Of a stretch of 64,000 nucleotides of DNA, positions 19,878-30,024 are shown piece after piece. The stretch covers positions 1 through 64,000 of IMG/VR virus record IMGVR_UViG_3300034102_002101. One strand, given 5' to 3'. The stretch's first letter is position 1, and each line of letters opens with the position of its first letter. Position numbers and translations under genes: made by a program. The notes beneath the pieces were generated by a model. That model saw only the letters and a list, made by a program, of their open reading frames with translations, did not search any database and was not told where the DNA came from. Origin of the DNA: a virus.

Positions 19878-21509
19878 ATGTCCGAAGATTATTCAAATCA
19901 AACAATCCTCACAACTTACAAGTCGATAATCCACATAAGTGGAGATAAGAAATTGTATGATGGTACTGGTTCTCTTGTTGTTATATCTTCGGCTTCCGTT
20001 GCTATATCTGCTTCATTTGCGGAGGATTGTAATTATGCGTTATCTGCTGGGTACGCATTGACATCCCCGTATACCGCTGATAGTGCTTCGATTAATAATA
20101 AAATTAATGATAAGCAAGATGTGTTGGTGTCAGGCACTAACATAAAAACCATAAACGGTCAGTCTGTGGTGGGTTCTGGTAATATAACAACATACGTATC
20201 TGCATCTGGTCAAAATGTTATATTTGGTGATATATTGGCCGACACTTTGATTGCAAATGAATACATTACTATATCCAGCAGTGTAGTATATTCAAGCGGT
20301 TCTACTAAATTCGGAGATTCATCTGACGATAATCACGATTTTACTGGTAGTGTTTTTATTACTGGTAGTCTAGTTGTAAACGGAAATATAATACTTCCGG
20401 TTCCTTCGGGAATTATAAGTTCTTCGAACCAAGTATCTTACGTAGACTTAAGTAATATTCCTTCGGGAATTATTTCGAGTTCTACGCAATTTCCTTCGGG
20501 AATTATAAGTTCTTCGAACCAAATAACATCGATTTCTCACGCAGAAACATCATCTTACCTGAATAATAATCAAGGATTCATATTAAGTTCACAAACAAGT
20601 TCTATTATTGTTGCGAGCAGTTCTTATGCAGAAACATCGAGCTATTCTCCGAATTATGTACTTTTGACGAAATATGGTATTGATTCAAGTTCTATCAATA
20701 ATATATTAGACGGACTGATTAACAATAACCAGACAAGTTCAATGTCGGTATTGAGTGCTAGTTATTCAAATACCGCATCTTATTTAAACAATAATCAAGG
20801 TTTTGTATTAAATTCACAGACAAGTTCAATGTCTGTATTATCTTCGAGTTATTCAAATACTTCAAGTTACTCCGATACATCTTCGTATTTGATAAATGGT
20901 CAAGGTTTTGTATTAAGCAACCAGACAAGTTCAATGTCTGTATTATCTTCGAGTTATTCAAATACTTCAAGTTACTCCGATACATCTTCGTATTTAAACA
21001 ATAATCAAGGTTTTGTATTAAATTCACAGACAAGTTCAATGTCTGTATTGAGTGCTAGTTATTCTTCAACATCATCGTATGTTATATTGGCACAAACAGC
21101 TTCATATCTTAATAACAATCAAGGTTTTGTATTAAGCAACCAGACAAGTTCAATGTCTGTATTGAGTGCTAGTTATTCGAACACATCTAGTTGGACAAGT
21201 AACCTATTTGGGTTTGATTTGTATTCATCTTCTATATCTTCCTCCCTAAACACGAAGATCGGAGATTCGTATGAAACGGTCAGTAAAAATTTAAAAGACT
21301 ACCCGAAGACGCTGGTATACTCAGGAACAACATTATTACATGTTACTCATTCTCTGTCCGATGGTAGCCAGATATATAAGGTCTTTATATACTCGGGAAG
21401 CTATATAATAACGTCGTCATTGTCTGGAAATTTACCATCCAACATAAAAACGAATAAAATATTATCATACAATTCGAGCGGTAGTGTGATAGGAATAACA
21501 TACACATAG
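19878..21509 (+). CDS. Ser-rich repeat virion/fibre protein
   Basis: SSGSTKFGDSSDDNHDFTGS motif; tandem SYLNNNQGFVLxxQTSSMSVLSxSYSNT repeats; KQDVLVSGTNIKTINGQS fibre motif. Confidence 0.7.
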   Translation: MSEDYSNQTILTTYKSIIHISGDKKLYDGTGSLVVISSASVAISASFAEDCNYALSAGYALTSPYTADSASINNKINDKQDVLVSGTNIKTINGQSVVGSGNITTYVSASGQNVIFGDILADTLIANEYITISSSVVYSSGSTKFGDSSDDNHDFTGSVFITGSLVVNGNIILPVPSGIISSSNQVSYVDLSNIPSGIISSSTQFPSGIISSSNQITSISHAETSSYLNNNQGFILSSQTSSIIVASSSYAETSSYSPNYVLLTKYGIDSSSINNILDGLINNNQTSSMSVLSASYSNTASYLNNNQGFVLNSQTSSMSVLSSSYSNTSSYSDTSSYLINGQGFVLSNQTSSMSVLSSSYSNTSSYSDTSSYLNNNQGFVLNSQTSSMSVLSASYSSTSSYVILAQTASYLNNNQGFVLSNQTSSMSVLSASYSNTSSWTSNLFGFDLYSSSISSSLNTKIGDSYETVSKNLKDYPKTLVYSGTTLLHVTHSLSDGSQIYKVFIYSGSYIITSSLSGNLPSNIKTNKILSYNSSGSVIGITYT

Positions 21510-21525
21510 AATTCTAAGGAACATT

Positions 21526-21600
21526 TGAACTTACCACTAGGCTAAAGACTTAGTGAATTCTTTCCGTCGAATGTTAAATTCTTCTTTCGTCTAACGACTA
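21526..21600 (-). mobile_element. Orphan IS200/IS605-type right end / omegaRNA 3' remnant
   Basis: Minus strand GAATTCACTAAGTCTTTAGCCTAGTGGTAAGTTCA resembles the GAAxCCCAC...CTTTAG...GTGGGTAGTTCA end of tnpB elements. Confidence 0.6.
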
Positions 21601-21698
21601 ATTTGACCAGTTTCCCAATCGAACAAAATCCGAGTTGGGTGATTGTAGCACCAAGAAGAGTAGATACTCAGAGAATATAGATCAATTAAATTGTTCAT
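21591..21698 (-). pseudogene. Truncated second copy of the RNase Z-like gene 5' end with its promoter
   Basis: Translates MNNLIDLYSLSIYSSWCYNHPTRILFD vs MNNLIELHSIGLYSSFCYHKPTRILFD at 17906; both preceded by TTGACT-N14-TGAAATAACT. Confidence 0.85.
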
Positions 21699-21776
21699 GT
21701 TCTAGTTATTTCAGACCTTTCCATTAGAGTCAACAAAAAAAGAAAGTTTTTTCGGTTTTTCCCATATTTATTGGTT

Positions 21777-21971
21777 ATGCGTTTACGAGCAGACACAAAT
21801 AACACATTGACAGAACTACCGTATGTACCTCCCATCGAGATACCATCTCAGACAGGTGCTTTATTGTCGGGTGATAGGAATAAACTCGATGGTTTGGGTG
21901 TAACATATCAAGAAGTTCCGTCTGGTGATTCTTATCACCCGAAGATTTGCGGTACTTCTACTATCAAATAA
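21777..21971 (+). CDS. Small hypothetical late protein
   Basis: ATATTTATT at 21764 precedes ATG 21777. Confidence 0.55.
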   Translation: MRLRADTNNTLTELPYVPPIEIPSQTGALLSGDRNKLDGLGVTYQEVPSGDSYHPKICGTSTIK

Positions 21972-22027
21972 AAAATGCAATATCGTTATTTATACACGTA
22001 ACAACATTATATATACAATAAAATTAC

Positions 22028-25000
22028 ATGGCAAATCAAACCCTCACAGCGAACCAAAATTATGATGATGCCGCAATCAGCGGCCTGCTCAACGGCGAAG
22101 ACGTTACGTTGTCCGGATTCCGGTTGACCATCAACAGCGATACACGCTGGGGCCAACAGGCAGCGGTAATTGGGAATGCCGTCTACTCGTCCACAATAGG
22201 CGGCGATGTCACGATTGACGGCACAACGGTTTGGTGGATGGCCTACGATGCGCCTAGCGGGAACGTTCCGGCGCTCGGAACGGCGGGCACGCAGGATTGC
22301 ACGGGTGGCACCAGCGGCGCTACGGGCGAGTTTTTAGGTATTTGGTCGGCAATTCCTGAATCTCCAGTAGCTGCCGCCGCATCAATTCCGGCGACAGGTT
22401 GGATCAAGTTTCGTTCTAAGGTTGGTACGTTCGTGGACAACGAAACCGTCACCTTGCCTGGTGGCGCAACCATCGTCGTCAACAGCGCGACAGGTGGGCA
22501 GCGTGGGTGGCTACATGTCGTCGGTGAGGCGCTGAACAACGTCAGCGTTCCTCGCCTTGGCTCACACGTAACCACTGGTGATTGGTTTGAGCTGGGCACA
22601 ACGAACGGCGCAGACGACCAAACTTTTGCAATCCCCGTACTCGACCACATTCCGGCAATTTGGGTAGAGACGGCAGTTGCTTCTGGCGTGTATGAAATCT
22701 GGCTTAATGGTGGAACCCGCTGGGGCACCAGCACGCAGTTCATTCCGACCGACGCCCGTGGGAAGTACTTTGGGCAGTGGGTCGAAATCAACGGTAACGC
22801 GACAAATGCCAGCCCCACCATTACAACTGCAACTACGACGGGGCTTGTTGTCGGAATGCCCGTGAACAATCACCACAACGCAGTCACCGCGCCTATCGCT
22901 GATGGTTCAGTCATTACCGCGATCAATCCAGGTGTGTCCATCACCCTGAGTAAAAACGCCACCTCAACCGCCGCAACGGTTATCCGCACACCGACCGCAT
23001 TACTTACCATCGCTCGTCGCGCCACCAACTCCTGTGGATTTAAGCCTGTTACCGGCCTCCGTGTTCGCGTTCCCAATGTGTTCTGCTCAACCTCCGACTC
23101 GTCTTCGTGGACTGGCAACCAGTGTCATCTTAGTGCCACTAGTCGGTACGAGTTAAACGCATCAAATGCTGGCACCATCACTGTCGATAAGGCGTCGATG
23201 CTGTGGTATCACAACGTTTCTGGGGCCTATACATACTCGGTTACGAATTGCGGCGTGTCCCATTCAAACAGTTTCCTTTTGGGCAACTTTGCCACGCCGA
23301 TGGTGTTTAATGACAACGGGGCGGGGCTCGAAGGACTTATCTCCTTTTCGCTTATCAACGGATCAGCGATGCCATTTGGCGGACAGATCCGGCGAAATCG
23401 CACTGCTCGCGGCGTGAATGTCGGCATAGCGGACCGCACTATAACGATGTCGGATTGCGCCAACCTCAATATCGACTATAACCAGCTTGAGCACTTCGGC
23501 GGCGCTGGAATTACTGACCGTTCTTCCGGTGACAACCGCATGTGTGAGGTCACTCGGTTTACCGACTGCACTTTCGACAACAATACGTTTATTGGCGGAT
23601 CGTTGCTCGTTTCGACCAGCGTTCGGTGTCACGCTAGAAATCACGTTTTTGCCGACCGAATCAACGGCACGACCAATGCGACCATCCCCCTTTCCCCAAT
23701 CATCTATCAGGCGAGCTGTACGGACTGCGTTATCGAGGGCCTGAGCATTTTTGCAGGTCTCACAAACGTGCATCCCTATAACCCGCTCGTCACGCTCCAA
23801 ACGAGCAGCGAGCGAGTAAAGGTCCGCAATATCGGCACCTACGCATCCCCGTTCCCAGCAGGCAGCGCCAATAAATGCTTCGGCGCGGTGACGTTATCTA
23901 GCGTCTTTAACTGCGAGGTGAACCGCATCTACATGGACGATACTCGGTCGTTCCTGATAAACGGGTTTAACAACGCGAATGGATGTGTCATTGATAACGT
24001 GTTCGGCGGTTACGCTTCATCGTGTTTCGTAAATCCGCTAAACACGACAATGCGTGGGCTTCGAGCAACCACACCGACGACAGGTGCAGCCGCAGTGTAC
24101 GGGTCGCATTGGCTCGACCAATTCGATAGTGCGACAACTGGACGCATTTCAATTCAATGCAACGAGCCTACAGCGGCATCAGCGGCGCAATGTGCTGTAA
24201 CCGCTGGGACGCCACGTTTCACATCAGCGGGCATTGTGGCGATGCCGACCCTTGGTGACCAGATTACATGGACAATGCCGTATTTCGCCATTGGGCATAC
24301 GGCGTTCGTTGCGTCGGATGTTGTGGTGACAGCAACCAATTCAGGCAACTTCTCTTACGAGTTTCAGGTCGATACTGGCAGCGGATTCAGTGCGTGGGCT
24401 GCTGCCACTTCAGCGAACCTCACCGCCATTGGTTCGTGGGCTGCTGCTACTGGTGTCAAGCTCAAGGTCCGTGCCACAGTCACCACGGCTGCTGCTGATA
24501 ATTCGCTAACTCAGCTTCGTTTCCTCACGGTGTCAGACACAACTAGCCAACAGATCCAATACCCATTCCAATTCACGGCAGCGATCACCGTTTCACCTAT
24601 TGTTGCGGGCAGTCGAGTTCAGATCTACAACGTAACCACAGACACGGAAATATTTAATGAGGTGGTCGATGATACGTCGCTGAATTTCCAATACTACGAC
24701 GGCACGGAAGCATCTACTGGCGACGAAATCCGCATTCGCATCCGCAAGCGCGGACAGGAGTCCGTCACGCTATCGACCGTCGTTACCGCTACGGGTGGCA
24801 GCTTTCTACCATCCCAAGGAACCGACATCCATTGCAGCGGCGCAACGCCAGCTAACTACTCGGTTGACGTCATAAATCTAAAGATTCGCGCAACTGGGGT
24901 GCGGGCAAATTTTACCGTCCAAGAAATCGCGGACATCATTTGTCTCGAACAGGCAACTGAGGATGGGATTAGGTTGGCTGAGTTTGCCAACATCTCGGGC

Positions 25001-27982
25001 CTTGTCGAACTGTCCCCAGGAGTTGAGACGGGCATCACCGTTGACCTCCTCGGGTGGCAATTATCATGGGCGTCAGGCAGTGTTGCGCAGGCCAGCGTAA
25101 CGGGCGGCAACCTCGTAGGTGGCATCGCAGGCGACCCCGTGGAGGACATAGTAGGTGGACCACAAGTGACGATAAATCTATCCGCCGCTGCAACCGCCGT
25201 CACCGCGAACGTCCCGACTGCCGCTGATGTCGCTACCGCAGTGCGCGCCGAGCTTGCGACGGAGCTTGCTCGCATCGATGCGGCTATCACCTCGCGTCTA
25301 GCCACAGCAGGGTACACAGTCCCGCCCACCTCTGCCGCCGTAGCCACTCAGGTCCGCACCGAACTCGGGACCGAGTTGGGTCGAATCGACGCTACCGTCT
25401 CCAGTCGCGCCACACAGACGAGCGTGGATGCGATCCCGACTACACCTCTCCTTGCTGCCAGCTATGTTGTTCCGCTTGACTCCACTGCCACGCAAGCCGC
25501 CGCAGCTGCTGCGCTCACAGCCTACGACCCACCTACGAAGGCCGAGCTAGATTCCGCTGTCGCGGGGATACCTACCGCTCCTTCTGCTGCATCTAATGCA
25601 AGCGCAGTACGCTCTGAACTATCGGTTGAGCTGGGTCGTATGGATGCCGCGATCTCCAGTCGTTCGACCTACGCAGGCGCAGACACCAGCGGCACTGCCA
25701 CGCTCCTTTCTCGTGTTACTGGGGCCGTGCTGCTGGCGAGTAACTATACCACACCACCCTCGGTGGATGCAATCCGCACGGAGATGGACACTAACTCGAC
25801 CAAGCTCGCCAACCTCGATGTGACCGTATCAAGCCGCAACGCAATCGCACCCGCAACGCCAGCTAACGTCACTACGGCGCAAAACAACGTCATCGCCGCT
25901 CTGCCCGCTGCTGCGCCATCGGCTGCTTCCAACGCATCGGCGGTTCGCTCCGAACTAGCAATCGAACTTGCCCGTATTGATGTCGCTACCTCAAGTCGCA
26001 ACGCCACCACGCCTCCGACCGCAGCGGCTAATGCTTCTGCCGTTCGTTCCGAGCTGGCAATGGAGCTGGGTCGTGTGGACGCAGCAGTGTCGAGCCGTTC
26101 AACTTACGCAGGTGCGGATACTAGTGGCACCACCACGCTTCTATCCCGTGTTACTGGGGCCGTACTCCTTGCCTCTAATTACACCACACCTCCGACTGTC
26201 ACTCAGATTCGCACGGAGATGGAGGTTGTCGGAGGTAAACTTTCCAACGTTGGTGATCAAGTGGATTTGGTTAAGGCTAAGACGGATAATCTCCCCGCAT
26301 CACCCGCTTCTACTACGAATATCACGGGCGGTACAATTACTACCGTAACCAATCTCACCAACGCTCCCACCAACGGCGATCTCACCGCCACTATGAAGGC
26401 GAGCGTCACCACGGCGGCAACGGCTGCGACTCCCACGGTTGCTGATACTAGTGGTACCACCACCTTGTTGACCCGAGTCACCGGAGCTGTGCTACTGGCA
26501 AGTAACTACACCGCGCCGCTTGACTCCACTGCCACGCAAGCCGCCGCAGCTGCTGCGCTCAACGCCTATGATGCTCCGACTAAAGCCGAGCTAGATTCCG
26601 CTGTAGCTCCACTTGCCACGACAACCAACCTCGACACCTTACCTACCCTAGCCGAGATGGAGGCTAGTACAATTCTCGCCAAGGAGGCAACGAGTCAGTT
26701 AATCCACGCGAAGACTACGAACCTACCCGCTTCTCCTGCCGCAGTCGGAAGCGCGATGACGTTAACCAGTGCTTATGACGCAGCAAAAACAGCCGCATCA
26801 CAGGCAAGTGTAGATGGTCTCGCAATTGCTGGGTCTCCTGTGACTTACACCGCTACATCGGCAACCCGTGTAATAGGTGATGATGACGGTGGCACGGTGA
26901 CAAACCTAGCTGCTTTGGATGGTTCCTATTTTATAACTGGTGAGTCTTCATCCCTTGGTTTAGAGGTTACGGTTGACTTATCCGCTTCTTCATTATTGGA
27001 GAACCCAAGTCTCTGCCGTGTAGTTGGATCTTATAGAGGGGCAGCTTCTCATACTGTTGTTATTTATGTTTGGAATTATATAACGGCATCGTGGGAGTCA
27101 AAAGCTGTAATGGCGGATAGATCAACTGATTTTGCTTATGTGTTTCCCGTTGGAATCGACAACGCCAATTCTCTGACTGGTGCGATGAGATTAAGATTTA
27201 AGCATTCTGGTACGTCATTTAGTAATTCTCATTCGTTAAATCTTGATTATATTGCTTGGGAGAAGGTGGCATCCAGTTCATCAATAGGATCGGATATAGC
27301 TCAAATCTTAGCCAATCAACATGAAGCCATGGTGCAAAGTGTTATCCATAGTGGGGTTGCGCAAGGGGGCACGGGAAATACTATCACTCTTAGTAGCGAA
27401 TCTTCCCAGCTGAATGGTTCTTATGACCCATCTATTATCACTATTTACTCCGGTACTGGTGCGGGCCAGTCGCGTATTGTTCTTCAGTATATTGGAGCTA
27501 CCCATGTCGCCGTTGTGAATCGCGATTGGCGAGAAATTCCAGATGAAAGCTCGACGTATGTCATTCATCCATATGCGGATATTCAAACGGTGAATGAGGG
27601 ATTAATTACATCTGCCACCTCAAATACAGCAAGATTAAACATTGACGCCTCTACGGTTAACGGTACTTATATTGGCCAAATTATTGCCATTCTGTCTGGA
27701 ACTGGCGCTGATCAAACCGCCACTATTACCGGATACAACGGATCAACACAAACTGCGACAATTGCTGGAAATTGGGTGGTAACTCCTGACTCTACATCGG
27801 CTTATGTGATGTTGCCTGTTTCTCCTGTGATGTTAGCGAATGCCACCCATACTGGAGCGGTCATTCCTACAGTTACTGCATTGACGGATGTTACTAATAT
27901 TCGCGAAGAAATAGAGCGAATTGGTGGTACTTTATCGGATGTTAAAAATGGTGTTGTTGGAATAACCGGATTGGTTGCGTAG
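22028..27982 (+). CDS. Giant (1984 aa) tail fibre/spike-like virion protein, GC-rich
   Basis: Beta-rich N-terminal half with possible beta-helix; repeated AVRxELxxELxRIDAxVSSR modules; duplicated C-terminal SGTGAxQ...W...PD.xSxYV domain. Confidence 0.75.
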   Translation: MANQTLTANQNYDDAAISGLLNGEDVTLSGFRLTINSDTRWGQQAAVIGNAVYSSTIGGDVTIDGTTVWWMAYDAPSGNVPALGTAGTQDCTGGTSGATGEFLGIWSAIPESPVAAAASIPATGWIKFRSKVGTFVDNETVTLPGGATIVVNSATGGQRGWLHVVGEALNNVSVPRLGSHVTTGDWFELGTTNGADDQTFAIPVLDHIPAIWVETAVASGVYEIWLNGGTRWGTSTQFIPTDARGKYFGQWVEINGNATNASPTITTATTTGLVVGMPVNNHHNAVTAPIADGSVITAINPGVSITLSKNATSTAATVIRTPTALLTIARRATNSCGFKPVTGLRVRVPNVFCSTSDSSSWTGNQCHLSATSRYELNASNAGTITVDKASMLWYHNVSGAYTYSVTNCGVSHSNSFLLGNFATPMVFNDNGAGLEGLISFSLINGSAMPFGGQIRRNRTARGVNVGIADRTITMSDCANLNIDYNQLEHFGGAGITDRSSGDNRMCEVTRFTDCTFDNNTFIGGSLLVSTSVRCHARNHVFADRINGTTNATIPLSPIIYQASCTDCVIEGLSIFAGLTNVHPYNPLVTLQTSSERVKVRNIGTYASPFPAGSANKCFGAVTLSSVFNCEVNRIYMDDTRSFLINGFNNANGCVIDNVFGGYASSCFVNPLNTTMRGLRATTPTTGAAAVYGSHWLDQFDSATTGRISIQCNEPTAASAAQCAVTAGTPRFTSAGIVAMPTLGDQITWTMPYFAIGHTAFVASDVVVTATNSGNFSYEFQVDTGSGFSAWAAATSANLTAIGSWAAATGVKLKVRATVTTAAADNSLTQLRFLTVSDTTSQQIQYPFQFTAAITVSPIVAGSRVQIYNVTTDTEIFNEVVDDTSLNFQYYDGTEASTGDEIRIRIRKRGQESVTLSTVVTATGGSFLPSQGTDIHCSGATPANYSVDVINLKIRATGVRANFTVQEIADIICLEQATEDGIRLAEFANISGLVELSPGVETGITVDLLGWQLSWASGSVAQASVTGGNLVGGIAGDPVEDIVGGPQVTINLSAAATAVTANVPTAADVATAVRAELATELARIDAAITSRLATAGYTVPPTSAAVATQVRTELGTELGRIDATVSSRATQTSVDAIPTTPLLAASYVVPLDSTATQAAAAAALTAYDPPTKAELDSAVAGIPTAPSAASNASAVRSELSVELGRMDAAISSRSTYAGADTSGTATLLSRVTGAVLLASNYTTPPSVDAIRTEMDTNSTKLANLDVTVSSRNAIAPATPANVTTAQNNVIAALPAAAPSAASNASAVRSELAIELARIDVATSSRNATTPPTAAANASAVRSELAMELGRVDAAVSSRSTYAGADTSGTTTLLSRVTGAVLLASNYTTPPTVTQIRTEMEVVGGKLSNVGDQVDLVKAKTDNLPASPASTTNITGGTITTVTNLTNAPTNGDLTATMKASVTTAATAATPTVADTSGTTTLLTRVTGAVLLASNYTAPLDSTATQAAAAAALNAYDAPTKAELDSAVAPLATTTNLDTLPTLAEMEASTILAKEATSQLIHAKTTNLPASPAAVGSAMTLTSAYDAAKTAASQASVDGLAIAGSPVTYTATSATRVIGDDDGGTVTNLAALDGSYFITGESSSLGLEVTVDLSASSLLENPSLCRVVGSYRGAASHTVVIYVWNYITASWESKAVMADRSTDFAYVFPVGIDNANSLTGAMRLRFKHSGTSFSNSHSLNLDYIAWEKVASSSSIGSDIAQILANQHEAMVQSVIHSGVAQGGTGNTITLSSESSQLNGSYDPSIITIYSGTGAGQSRIVLQYIGATHVAVVNRDWREIPDESSTYVIHPYADIQTVNEGLITSATSNTARLNIDASTVNGTYIGQIIAILSGTGADQTATITGYNGSTQTATIAGNWVVTPDSTSAYVMLPVSPVMLANATHTGAVIPTVTALTDVTNIREEIERIGGTLSDVKNGVVGITGLVA

Positions 27983-28036
27983 AATATATAAGATATTCTG
28001 TTGTTGCTATATATTTATATTCATTAATTTCACCAT

Positions 28037-28594
28037 ATGTCATATACTCTACACACCGATAAAACAGAAACATTCGAATGTTCCCTCGCATTAGAGGGAG
28101 CATCATTAAAAAATGCGTTTGCTAGATTGATACTCGAAGTTGATGGATTGAATGTTATGTTCAATGGGACAATAAATGAGAACGGGAAATGTTCCGTCAG
28201 TATAGAAAACTTAAAAAAGATATTCCCGAAAAATTGTGAAGGGAATATGTTTTTGGAAGTTGTTGCTGATGATACGTATTTTTCTCCGTGGAAAGATTCG
28301 GTTGAGTTAAAACCATCGAAGTCACTAACAGTTGAAGTAATTACGACAAAGAAAGACGAAAAGGTTGGTCCGAAACTAGTGGTGAATGAAGTAAAGGGAA
28401 TAGAGAAGAGACATTCCGAGATAATAAAAGAAGTGATGAGTATTTTACAAAAAAATACTAGAATAAAAACATTTTCAAACAATAAAATTTCCGATGCTAT
28501 TGAACCAATTCTAAATACTTATTTCTTAAACATAGGTGAGCCATATAACAAAAATATTATGGCTGAAATCTTGAAAGAAATAAGAAATGGCTAA
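28037..28594 (+). CDS. Conserved hypothetical late protein
   Basis: LEVVADDTYFSPW motif; ATATTTATA at 28011. Confidence 0.7.
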   Translation: MSYTLHTDKTETFECSLALEGASLKNAFARLILEVDGLNVMFNGTINENGKCSVSIENLKKIFPKNCEGNMFLEVVADDTYFSPWKDSVELKPSKSLTVEVITTKKDEKVGPKLVVNEVKGIEKRHSEIIKEVMSILQKNTRIKTFSNNKISDAIEPILNTYFLNIGEPYNKNIMAEILKEIRNG

Positions 28595-30023
28595 TAACGA
28601 AGATTATACCGGAAAAAAAATAAAAGACACATATAAGTCGATTCTCCACTTGGGGAGCGACTCAAATGTGTATGATGGTACCGGTTCTATCATAATTCCT
28701 AAGAATTTTACAAGATTAATAAGTCAATCAATAGACTTTACATATACATCATCGGTCACATACATAGGCGCAACATTATCGCCAACGTTCTTTTCTGTGT
28801 GTGTTGGTGAGAATCCTTGTGGTATATATTCTTCCGGTTCATTCATTGTTAAGGAGTATAGTGGTTTGTGTATAAAACAATTTCCACCAAAGACTTCACC
28901 AACAGCATATTCAAAGTTATCATCATTTACGTTCAGAAATCTAGTGGGAATAGTTGATGATTTTAATATTTCAAATTATCACACATTAAAAGAGATACAC
29001 TTACCGTCACTTAAATATGTGATTGGTAATCTATCATGGAATAATTCCGAAAACATTGAACGGTGTGATGTTTCGTCGTTAGAATATGTTGGGTCATTTT
29101 TACCAAACAGTGGATCAATTGACATGAATTCAATGGATCTTCCTTCGTTGAGTAACTGCGCTGGTGACTTTTCGCCATCAACGTTATTATGTAATACAAT
29201 GAATATAGATAATTTGCATTATATAGGAGGAAGGTTCGGCGTCACAAACCTTACTAATTTAACTAATATATCCGGCTCATCTCTAATTTCCATTGGAGGA
29301 GATTTTAATCCAACATCATGTTCAAATGCTCATACCATGATATTCAATAACCTAACAAATATACACGGAAATTTTAATCCCGTTGGGTTGCCATTGTGTG
29401 ATAATATAAGTTTTAATAAATTAGTATATGTTGGTGGAAACTTCTCTCCGGTGTCAATGTCAGTACTATTGGATAATATCGGAAATCAATTTCCTTTGCT
29501 GGAACATATAGAAGGAGATTTTACATTGCATGTGTTAGAATCATGCTCCAGTGTATCTTTCGGTGAATTGGTTACGGTTTCTGGGTCGTACTCGGTATCC
29601 AATATGGATAACTTACTAGAGATTAACCATCCGAATTTACTGAATATTCGTGGGGTGAAATCCGTGTTTAATAACATAAACTTGACCACAATAACATTAC
29701 CGAATATACAACGGGTGGAAGGTGGACTACATTATTATAATTGCCCCAATCTCTCGGACATTAATATCGGATATTCGTTATCTAGTTTAGGGTTCGGTGA
29801 TGTTAATATTACCGATGCATCATTATCCCCATACAGTGTAGAAATTATTCTACAGTCGCTCGCTAGGTTGGATGGTACAAATAGCACAACTTTGTGGGGA
29901 TCTGGGAGAACCGTTAATTTAAGTGGGGGAACCTCGTGTGGAATCGCGCTGTTAACACCATCGGCAATATTATCTAGAAATATATTATCGACTAGAGGAG
30001 TTGTCGTAATACTAAATAATTAA
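28587..30023 (+). CDS. Leucine-rich/receptor-L-like solenoid protein
   Basis: ~22-aa repeats (FxxLxxIxGxF); N-terminus shared with 19878 protein. Confidence 0.7.
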   Translation: MANNEDYTGKKIKDTYKSILHLGSDSNVYDGTGSIIIPKNFTRLISQSIDFTYTSSVTYIGATLSPTFFSVCVGENPCGIYSSGSFIVKEYSGLCIKQFPPKTSPTAYSKLSSFTFRNLVGIVDDFNISNYHTLKEIHLPSLKYVIGNLSWNNSENIERCDVSSLEYVGSFLPNSGSIDMNSMDLPSLSNCAGDFSPSTLLCNTMNIDNLHYIGGRFGVTNLTNLTNISGSSLISIGGDFNPTSCSNAHTMIFNNLTNIHGNFNPVGLPLCDNISFNKLVYVGGNFSPVSMSVLLDNIGNQFPLLEHIEGDFTLHVLESCSSVSFGELVTVSGSYSVSNMDNLLEINHPNLLNIRGVKSVFNNINLTTITLPNIQRVEGGLHYYNCPNLSDINIGYSLSSLGFGDVNITDASLSPYSVEIILQSLARLDGTNSTTLWGSGRTVNLSGGTSCGIALLTPSAILSRNILSTRGVVVILNN

Positions 30024-30024
30024 A

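Noticed and set aside
22243-27586. Many overlapping alternative-frame ORFs in the giant gene
   Set aside because: Shadow ORFs expected from GC-rich, stop-poor sequence; no start context or motifs
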